Source: a virus
Lineage: Duplodnaviria > Caudoviricetes
DNA: 56,976 nt
Reading direction: 5' to 3' (one strand)
Virus record (IMG/VR): IMGVR_UViG_3300042556_002360
Span: 1 to 56,976 of that record
Program-made: the position numbers and the translations under genes
Shown here: positions 50,219 through 56,976 of the stretch, piece by piece
Layout: every line of letters begins with the position of its first letter
Position numbering within the stretch: position 1 is the stretch's first letter
The notes under the pieces: generated by a model
The model's input: the letters and a program-made list of their open reading frames with translations, nothing else
What the model was told of the DNA's origin: nothing
Database searches by the model: none

Positions 50219-51418
50219 ATGAAATATAAATTAGAATATGTATGGTTAGATGGTTATAAACCTGAGCCAAATTTAAGAAGCAAAGTCAGAATTACTGGCA
50301 AAGAAATTAATGGATTACAAGATATACCTGAATGGGGATTTGACGGTAGTTCAACAAAACAGGCGGAAGGTTATTCTTCAGATTGTTATTTGAAACCTGT
50401 GAGAATTTATCGTAAAGATGGTAAACAAAATAGTGATACCATTTATGTTCTCTGTGAGGTGATGGATAGTGAAGGTAATCCACACAATACAAATGACAGA
50501 GCCAAATTAGATGAAGATTTTAATTTTTGGGTTGGATTTGAACAAGAGTATTTCATACGTCACGGACACAATAAACCTATTTTAGGTTTTCAAAATGGAG
50601 GAGTTATTGACCCTCAAGGAGTATATTATTGTGGTGTTGGTGGTCAGATGTATGGTAGAAACTTGAGTGAAGAACATTTGGATATGTGTTTGAATTATAA
50701 CATTGGGATTGAAGGAACCAATGCTGAAGTGGCAATCGGACAATGGGAATACCAGGTATTTGCCAAAGGTAAATTAAAATCCGCAGATGATTTATGGATG
50801 TCTCGTTATTTCCTTTACAAAATTGCTGAGAAATACGGATATGAAATTGAATTACATCCAAAACCTTTAACAAGTGGTGATTGGAATGGTTCAGGGTTAC
50901 ATACAAACTTCTCAAACGAAAGAATGAGAGAGCAGGGAGGAGAAGAATATTTCAAATCAATTTTCCAAGTATTTGAGTCAAGAGCGGATATTCATATTCA
51001 AAACTATGGTTCAGATAATCATTTGAGATTAACAGGTAAACACGAAACACAATCAATCAATAAGTTCAGTTGGGGTGTATCAGACAGAGGGGCATCAATC
51101 AGGGCACCAAAAGTTGTTGGTGAAATATGGAAAGGATATCTTGAAGATAGACGACCAGCATCCAACGGAAACCCATATAGTATTCTTAGAGTTATTTCTG
51201 ATTCATTAGATTTGGCGGAAGATTTGGATGAGACATTACATGTGATGTATGATGATATTGATACAAGTAAGTTAAGTAAAAAGTTTGGTACACTATCAAA
51301 CAAAGAATTACTTAATGAATATCAAAACGATGAAGAGTTTGAATTAGAATCTGAGATGATGGAGTCAAAGGCAAATGTCCCATTGGAAGAAATTAAATTT
51401 AATTTAAATGAAAAATAA
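50219..51418 (+). CDS. glnII: Glutamine synthetase type II
   Basis: EYVWLDG, WGFDGSSTKQA, NAEVAIGQWEYQ, DWNGSGLHTNFS, RLTGKHET, DRGASIR, YLEDRRPASN. Confidence 0.95.
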   Translation: MKYKLEYVWLDGYKPEPNLRSKVRITGKEINGLQDIPEWGFDGSSTKQAEGYSSDCYLKPVRIYRKDGKQNSDTIYVLCEVMDSEGNPHNTNDRAKLDEDFNFWVGFEQEYFIRHGHNKPILGFQNGGVIDPQGVYYCGVGGQMYGRNLSEEHLDMCLNYNIGIEGTNAEVAIGQWEYQVFAKGKLKSADDLWMSRYFLYKIAEKYGYEIELHPKPLTSGDWNGSGLHTNFSNERMREQGGEEYFKSIFQVFESRADIHIQNYGSDNHLRLTGKHETQSINKFSWGVSDRGASIRAPKVVGEIWKGYLEDRRPASNGNPYSILRVISDSLDLAEDLDETLHVMYDDIDTSKLSKKFGTLSNKELLNEYQNDEEFELESEMMESKANVPLEEIKFNLNEK

Positions 51419-51815
51419 TATGGAAAATCAATTTAAAAATTTTATACCGTTTGAACCCTTAATGGAGAATAGATTCTTAGTAAGATTTAACAAAGAAGTA
51501 TTGGTTCCTGGATATTTGTTTAGGAAATTCAAAATAAAAAATGAAGGTGAGAAATTAATCTTCACTACCGAAATTTATGAGACAATAGAATACTCGTTTA
51601 ATCCATCAGATTTGTTTAAAATAACAGATATTGAGATTGATTATCTTGACCCAACAGGAGTTGTGGTTAATGGATTAAGATTTCAGATTGTTGGAGCAAA
51701 TATGGAACAAAAATGTGATTACACTAAAGATGGTTTAATGATAATTAAATTTAGATTTGTTGTGAACATAAACGAAGTTAAATTATTACATACAAACAAT
51801 GACAGAACAAGTTAA
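51408..51815 (+). CDS. Tail-tube (gp19-like) paralog, tentative
   Basis: FEPLMENRFLVRF..IDYLDPTGVVV resembles myophage tube-protein motifs. Confidence 0.45.
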   Translation: MKNNMENQFKNFIPFEPLMENRFLVRFNKEVLVPGYLFRKFKIKNEGEKLIFTTEIYETIEYSFNPSDLFKITDIEIDYLDPTGVVVNGLRFQIVGANMEQKCDYTKDGLMIIKFRFVVNINEVKLLHTNNDRTS

Positions 51816-52017
51816 CCACCCTAGTCATTACGGTGGAGAAAATAATCCATACGAGGCGATTAAAGTTATTGAAGCTTGGGATTTAGATTTCCACCTCGGT
51901 AATACCGTGAAGTATATTTCAAGGGCGGGAAAAAAAGGGACCGATAAAGAACTTCAAGACCTAAAGAAAGCCTTATGGTATCTTGAAAGAAGAATACAGA
52001 ACTTGGAGAGTTTGTAA
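51799..52017 (+). CDS. DUF3310-family protein
   Basis: VNHPSHY..GNTVKYISRAGKK..DLKKALWYL. Confidence 0.85.
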   Translation: MTEQVNHPSHYGGENNPYEAIKVIEAWDLDFHLGNTVKYISRAGKKGTDKELQDLKKALWYLERRIQNLESL

Positions 52018-52053
52018 TTCAAATAAAAATACCTATACTTTTAAAAAAAAAAT

Positions 52054-52917
52054 ATGAAGAATTTAGAAAACATTATCAATACAATAATTAATGGAGATTC
52101 AGTTGAAGTAATGAAAGAAATGCCAAATTCTTTTGTTGATTTGGTTGTAACTAGTCCAAAATATAATGTGGGTATTGATTATGATAGTTGTGATGATAGA
52201 ATGTCCATGGAGGATTATTGGTGTTGGACTAAAGAATGGTTAACAGAGGCTTTTAATGTTTTAAAAGATGATGGTAGAATCGCAGTTAACATTCCTTATG
52301 AGGTGAATGTACAAGACAGAGGTGGTAGAGTTTTATTTATGTCTGAGTTTTGGTCAGTTATGAAATCTGTTGGGTTCCAATTCTACGGGTTGGTTGACCT
52401 TGATGAAAACTCACCACACAGAAGTAAGACCACGGCTTGGGGTTCTTGGATGAGTCCATCAAGTCCTTACATTTACAACCCAAAAGAATGTGTCATCTTG
52501 GCTTACAAGAAAGACAGAATCAAAAAGGTTAAAGGTCAACCACAATGGAAGGCTGAGATTGTAGATGTGGAACAGGAAGATGGAACGATAAAGACCAAAG
52601 CTGTTTATCAAGAAGAAGATAAGAAAGAATTTATGTCTTTGGTTTACGGACAATGGGAATATTTTGCGGACACCAAACAACAAACCAAAGCAACATTCTC
52701 GATGGATATTCCAAGTAAAGCAATTAAGATTCTTACATACAAGAATGATATTATTCTTGACCCATTCGCTGGTAGTGGAACTAGTTTGGTTGCTGCAGAA
52801 ACGTTAGGACGCAGATGGATTGGTGTTGAGTTAAGTGAAAACTATAGTAAAGTTGCAAAAGAACGAGTCCAACATTTTGTCGATTTAAATAAACAAACAA
52901 AAATAGATTTTAAGTAA
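52054..52917 (+). CDS. DNA N4-cytosine/N6-adenine methyltransferase (beta class)
   Basis: DLVVTSPKYN followed by ILDPFAGSGT. Confidence 0.88.
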   Translation: MKNLENIINTIINGDSVEVMKEMPNSFVDLVVTSPKYNVGIDYDSCDDRMSMEDYWCWTKEWLTEAFNVLKDDGRIAVNIPYEVNVQDRGGRVLFMSEFWSVMKSVGFQFYGLVDLDENSPHRSKTTAWGSWMSPSSPYIYNPKECVILAYKKDRIKKVKGQPQWKAEIVDVEQEDGTIKTKAVYQEEDKKEFMSLVYGQWEYFADTKQQTKATFSMDIPSKAIKILTYKNDIILDPFAGSGTSLVAAETLGRRWIGVELSENYSKVAKERVQHFVDLNKQTKIDFK

Positions 52918-52945
52918 AAGGGTTTCACAACCCTTTTTTTGTTTT
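52917..52945 (+). terminator. Intrinsic terminator
   Basis: AAAAGGGTT..AACCCTTTT followed by a T run. Confidence 0.7.
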
Positions 52946-52968
52946 ATGGATATTTATATTAAAAAACA

Positions 52969-53337
52969 ATGGCAAAGAAAATTGTAAAATTAACGGAAAC
53001 AGATTTAATAAACATAGTTAAAAGAGTTATTTCGGAGGGCGGAAAACCAACAGGTAAATTATATTTTGCTCACGATGATAGTATCACACAATTACAGGCT
53101 ATTATTGGAACCGATGGTTATTTATATCCCTATGGTGAATCACTTGATACTTGGAAAGTAGGACCGATTGCAAAAGTTCCGTATACAGGTGACGTTATTG
53201 TTAAAATAGATAAAAGGGGAGGTAAAGAAGAGATTTGGGTTGGAAAGAATTTTAATAATCTCGGTAAGTTAGAGATGGCTCCAAACTATACAGTAAAAAC
53301 TGTAAACCACAATACTATTCCTAGACCTAAGAAATAA
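52969..53337 (+). CDS. Hypothetical protein with N-terminal KLTETDLINIVKRVISE motif
   Basis: TATTTAT at 52951. Confidence 0.75.
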   Translation: MAKKIVKLTETDLINIVKRVISEGGKPTGKLYFAHDDSITQLQAIIGTDGYLYPYGESLDTWKVGPIAKVPYTGDVIVKIDKRGGKEEIWVGKNFNNLGKLEMAPNYTVKTVNHNTIPRPKK

Positions 53338-53347
53338 ATTATTTAAT

Positions 53348-53695
53348 TTAGAATAGGTACTCAACGGTATCACCAGCCTCAATGCCTAAATTTTCACAGG
53401 AATTACCTGCCAACTCTAATACAATATTCCCGTTACCGCAGTAACTACCACAATTATCTCCTTGACACGGAGGACAATTATGGTGAATATTAACGATTAC
53501 ATTATTTTTGATTATTATAATATCCAAATTTTGAATACAATTTTTCATCCAAAAACACTGCTTATTTCCACCCATTAAAAACAATAAACCATTGAAAGTT
53601 TCATCAAACTTTTTACCCATCATACCAATATATTTTGATTTTTCATCAACGAGAGTTTTGACATTAAAGACATTTTGATTGATTTTAACTTTCAT
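53348..53695 (-). CDS. DUF192-family protein
   Basis: GMM..GLLF..FWMKN..LDIII..VLEL..GIEAGD. Confidence 0.8.
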   Translation of the reverse strand: MKVKINQNVFNVKTLVDEKSKYIGMMGKKFDETFNGLLFLMGGNKQCFWMKNCIQNLDIIIIKNNVIVNIHHNCPPCQGDNCGSYCGNGNIVLELAGNSCENLGIEAGDTVEYLF

Positions 53696-53824
53696 TATCT
53701 ATAAATATAATGATATTATGAACTTTTTTATAAAAAAATAATAAAAAAGTTTGACTTTTGGTAATTTGTGTTATATTTATAGTTTCTTGTCCTTAAAAGA
53801 CAAAAAAACACACCCCACCATAAA

Positions 53825-54376
53825 GTTTTACAAAATAAATTTGACTAAATGAGAATTTGGTTGTACCTTTGTAAAACAATTGAGATGAACGTCTCAAAAA
53901 ACCTAAGACGAGAGTCTTAAAAAAAATGTCCCACAGATTTGACTATTTGAAAAAATATGATTAAGTTTGTGGGACTTAATCTGAAAGTTCTTAAAAATAT
54001 TAATACATCGCAAGTTAGAGTAGAGGACAAACTCATTGGGCTCATAACCCAAGGTTCCGCAAGGGACACGTCAGGTTCGAATCCTGCACTTGCAACAAAT
54101 CGGAGCACGATAAGATGATATATAAGGAGTGCTTAACCCATACACTGATAACTTCAGCTATAAGGTTTCCAGCGAGTCATCTTAAAAAAAAAACTTCACA
54201 AAAAGTTTGACAAATCAAAAAGTTTGTATTACCTTTGTGAAACAATTAAGGAGAACAGTAAAAATGTACCTGAAGTAAGACGAAGTAATTCGTAATAACC
54301 AAAAGGTTTGTAATCCTGAAAAAAAAGTTTACAAAAAAGTTTGACAAATTGAAAAGTTTATCTTACCTTTGTAGAC
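53825..54376 (+). promoter_or_regulatory. Four tandem sigmaA-type promoters (TTTGAC-N18-TAnnTTTG), each enclosed by an inverted repeat
   Basis: TTTGAC at 53840, 53938, 54206, 54340 and TAnnTTTG at 53864, 53962, 54230, 54364. Confidence 0.8.
54009..54095 (+). tRNA. tRNA-Met(CAT), initiator type, with long variable arm
   Basis: Acceptor CGCAAGT/ACTTGCA (C1:A72), D stem GAGT/ACTC, anticodon arm TTGGG-CTCATAA-CCCAA, T loop TTCGAAT; CCA not encoded. Confidence 0.88.
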
Positions 54377-54437
54377 CAATCAAGAAAAGGTTAACGTTGT
54401 TGTAAAACTATGGTTCCCTTTTCTCAAATTGAAAATT

Positions 54438-54448
54438 CGTTCTTTGAA
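54438..54448 (+). promoter_or_regulatory. boxA-like antitermination element
   Basis: CGTTCTTTGAA following a hairpin, directly before the large RNA; similar AGTTCTTAAAAA at ~53986 before the tRNA. Confidence 0.5.
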
Positions 54449-54449
54449 T

Positions 54450-55352
54450 ATAAGATATTTATCCATTCAACGGATAGTAACCCCACAAAACTCTTAGGAG
54501 TCTCCAAGGTTAACTTGATGTTGATAAAGTAAATCGGCCGTATATGGTCGTTAAATAAACCACGAAAGTGGGATAAAGTGAATCTGTTGTGTTAACAGGT
54601 TTGCGGTTTGTAAAGTCTTAGGACCTTATGAACTCAAGTATACAAGCGAGATATCATCTTTGCTTTAGTAACCGAGGGTAACACTGTAGGAGAAGAGTTG
54701 AGGTGACCAAGCGATGTGGGTCGTTTGGTTGAGGTGGGAACACCAATAAGAATAACTCGTAGGAACTCTGTAAGAACTGTAACTTCCAATTACACAATTG
54801 CGGCTTCCAATACGATAGTGGACTTAAAACCGAAAGGTATGATTTTGTACAGGTGGTGCTGTTATTATCCCTACTTTGAATCTACCAAGGTTCATCGTTT
54901 GAAGTAAACTTGGCATATGGAGATGGGGACATTTCAAGGAGTAGTTTAGTATTCTGTTGTTCAAAAGATAACGGAGCTTAAGGTGGACCACTACTTCTAA
55001 CATCCACGACACAAAACTTAATATTACACTGTTAATGTAAAAATTAATTAAAAAATAATAAGCAAAAGTGTCCATCAGGTTTTGATGAAAGTTGCCTACA
55101 CAGTCACGGGTTGTCCGTGGCACGAGAGAACCGCAAGTTTAATCGTATTTTTACCAAAGACCTCTAAGGAGTCGAATCCTGAGTCAGTTCGCAAGATTGA
55201 AGAGAGTTGAGTAATAAAAGAGTAGTTGAAACCTCAAGGAGTGATTGGTCTAACCAATCGGCAATGAGTGGTATTCCTCAAAAGGGAATGGATACGAGGG
55301 GAACCCATAATACCTCAAAAGTCACTTACAAAAACTTGTAATCTCAGAGTTT
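54450..55352 (+). ncRNA. Large (~900 nt) structured non-coding RNA, possibly GOLLD-like; ends approximate
   Basis: No credible ORF, raised GC, many stems with G-U pairs and GNRA loops; bounded by promoters and a terminator; adjacent to a tRNA. Confidence 0.7.
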
Positions 55353-55373
55353 TTTAGCCAACTATGAAAAACT

Positions 55374-55410
55374 AAATTCCCCGCCCCTAAAAAGGTGGGG
55401 TTTTTTATTT
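55374..55410 (+). terminator. Intrinsic terminator closing the RNA locus
   Basis: TCCCGCC..GGTGGGG stem followed by TTTTTTATTT. Confidence 0.7.
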
Positions 55411-55428
55411 TATAGTATATTTATAACT

Positions 55429-55701
55429 ATGAGACGAACCTTACTTGAAGATATTGAAAGAATGAATCAAATATCAAGATACATAATCCCAAAAACAATT
55501 GAACGTGATTATGATGATATGGATGATATGAGAAATCATCCTCCGAAGAAATTAAAGTATAGGGGAGTTACCTTTGAAAAAGATTGGTTGGGATTGTATT
55601 CATTTGATGGGTATATGACAAATAAACTAGGAAATATGTATGACTTTATTGATAAGAAAATAGAGGAAAATCCTGACCTTGTAGATTCGGACGAAGATTA
55701 A
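55429..55701 (+). CDS. Hypothetical protein
   Basis: TATTTAT at 55418; LLEDIERMNQISRY N-terminal motif. Confidence 0.7.
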   Translation: MRRTLLEDIERMNQISRYIIPKTIERDYDDMDDMRNHPPKKLKYRGVTFEKDWLGLYSFDGYMTNKLGNMYDFIDKKIEENPDLVDSDED

Positions 55702-55732
55702 TAGTTATTTTAATATATTTATAAATAATACT

Positions 55733-56737
55733 ATGAAACAAACAATATATGAGGAAATTTTAAGATTCAATCTCCTTTCAAAATATGATAATTCAAAAAC
55801 CTTAACTGAACAAGCAGGTCAACCATTTGTAAAATTCCCGTGTGTTTCAAAACACCCTGGTGCTAAGGAAACTAAACTTGCTGATGGTACATCGGCATAT
55901 CTAATTAATGGTGTCTATTATTATGGTGGTGGTAGAAAAAAATTGGCTGACGGGACTATGGCGAACTATACTTGTAACGACCCTGAATTTGGTCTTCCTA
56001 ATTTTCCGTGTGTTTCAAAACACCCTGGAGCTAAACCATCTTTACGTTCTGATGGGACTTTAGAGTTTATTATAAATGGTGTTACTTATTATGGTAATGG
56101 TAGAAAAATGTTGGCTGATGGAACGATGACTAACTATACTTGTAAAAGTGCAGAATTTAAAACATGGACTGATTTTCCATGTGTTGCAAAACACCCTAAA
56201 GCGAAAGAAACTAAACTTGCTGATGGTACATCTGCATATGAAATCAATGGCGTTTTTTATTATGGGGGAGGTAGAAAAAAATTGGCTGACGGGACTATGG
56301 CGAACTATACTTGTAACGACCCTGAATTTAAAACAAAGGTGGCAGTAAAACCAGTTGCAACCCCAACTGAATTGAAAGATATTACGGGAATTAAAAAATT
56401 CCAAGATTGGTTAGACACCAATGCTGTGGGATGGGCAACAGGGTATAAGGACGGTATTATTAATAAAGGTCAAAATGGTGGAGGATACGGTTCTTTTGGA
56501 AAAAGAACTCAAAAAGCTTGGGCAACGTATAAAACCAAATATCTTGAAACTCCTGCGGCCACAACATCAGGCACTACAACATCAGGTGTTACAACACCTG
56601 CAACTACAACACCTGCAGCTACAACACCTGATACTACATCACAACAAGGTAACATACCAAAATATGGTCAAACCTATATGGGGAATGACCAAGTAGTTTA
56701 TAATTGGAATGGGACTGAATATGTTGCAGAAAGGTAA
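55733..56737 (+). CDS. Protein with three ~55-aa Cys-flanked repeats, a peptidoglycan-binding-like domain and a Thr-rich linker
   Basis: FPCV.KHP..YYG.GRK.LADGTM.NYTC x3; FQDWLD..GSFGKRTQKAW. Confidence 0.75.
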   Translation: MKQTIYEEILRFNLLSKYDNSKTLTEQAGQPFVKFPCVSKHPGAKETKLADGTSAYLINGVYYYGGGRKKLADGTMANYTCNDPEFGLPNFPCVSKHPGAKPSLRSDGTLEFIINGVTYYGNGRKMLADGTMTNYTCKSAEFKTWTDFPCVAKHPKAKETKLADGTSAYEINGVFYYGGGRKKLADGTMANYTCNDPEFKTKVAVKPVATPTELKDITGIKKFQDWLDTNAVGWATGYKDGIINKGQNGGGYGSFGKRTQKAWATYKTKYLETPAATTSGTTTSGVTTPATTTPAATTPDTTSQQGNIPKYGQTYMGNDQVVYNWNGTEYVAER

Positions 56738-56761
56738 TTAAATTTAATTCGGTAAATTTTT

Positions 56762-56796
56762 AAACCCCATCTATAAAAAAGGTGGGGTTTTATTTT
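56762..56796 (+). terminator. Intrinsic terminator
   Basis: AAACCCCATCT..AGGTGGGGTTT plus T-rich tail; similar to the terminator at 55374. Confidence 0.75.
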
Positions 56797-56845
56797 GCAC
56801 TTTGAAATTTATTATTTATCTTTGCATATTAAAAAAAGAAAAGAT

Positions 56846-56976
56846 ATGGCAAAAGTAGACGAATTAAGGGATAAATACCCAAGAGTTACCAAGGCAACCT
56901 TTGAAAAACTTGTTAAGGCTGATACCACACCAACAAAGAAATACTTGGAATATATGTTAAAGATGTGGACTACTAA
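56846..56976 (+). CDS. 3'-partial protein resembling the N-terminus of the 38611/47228 family
   Basis: MAKVDELRDKYP..LVKADTTPTKKYLEYMLKMW; TATCTTTG -7 element at 56817. Confidence 0.7.
   Translation, partial: MAKVDELRDKYPRVTKATFEKLVKADTTPTKKYLEYMLKMWTT

Noticed and set aside
53825-54376. CRISPR array interpretation of the repeated units
   Set aside because: Repeats are degenerate, irregularly spaced and match promoter consensus; no cas operon is present
53917-55123. ORFs 53917..54108(-), 54716..54907(+) and 54824..55123(-)
   Set aside because: They overlap the tRNA or the structured RNA and have atypical composition
54450-55352. rRNA fragment or group I/II intron
   Set aside because: No recognisable 16S/23S conserved sequence, no interrupted gene and no group II domain V seen; an intron-derived origin is not formally excluded
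55835-56330. Diversity-generating retroelement TR/VR pair
   Set aside because: Both copies are in-frame coding repeats, differences are not adenine-specific, and no reverse transcriptase is present in the window
1-56976. Stop-codon reassignment
   Set aside because: Conserved genes are full length in code 11, and TAG/TGA occur at plausible gene ends

Overview
AT-rich, gene-dense segment of a large (jumbo-type) tailed phage genome using the standard genetic code. The host is most likely Bacteroidota, judged from TTTG-N20-TAnnTTTG promoters, no obvious Shine-Dalgarno sequences and SprB-like repeats. From left to right: (1) 1-16.3 kb holds a Gly/Ser/Thr triplet-repeat protein, a protein-glycosylation cluster (two Aah/TibC-type heptosyltransferase domains, a GT4 domain, two methyltransferases, an acetyltransferase) and Cys-rich/Thr-Pro-repeat proteins that are probably virion components. 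(2) 16.3-27.6 kb holds replication/recombination genes (RuvC-like, primase, PD-(D/E)XK nuclease, SbcD/SbcC), an attC-like hairpin and a sigma70 factor. (3) 27.7-35 kb holds a lysis-like cluster and probable late/internal head proteins. (4) 35-53.7 kb holds DnaJ, DNA methyltransferases, thioredoxin, glutaredoxin, glutamine synthetase II and three of the window's four homing endonucleases. (5) 53.7-55.4 kb is an ORF-free RNA locus built like an rRNA operon: tandem promoters each enclosed in its own inverted repeat, boxA-like elements, an initiator tRNA with a long variable arm, a pseudoknotted trailer and a ~900-nt highly structured, possibly GOLLD-like RNA. All calls come from reading motifs by eye; no database searches were run.
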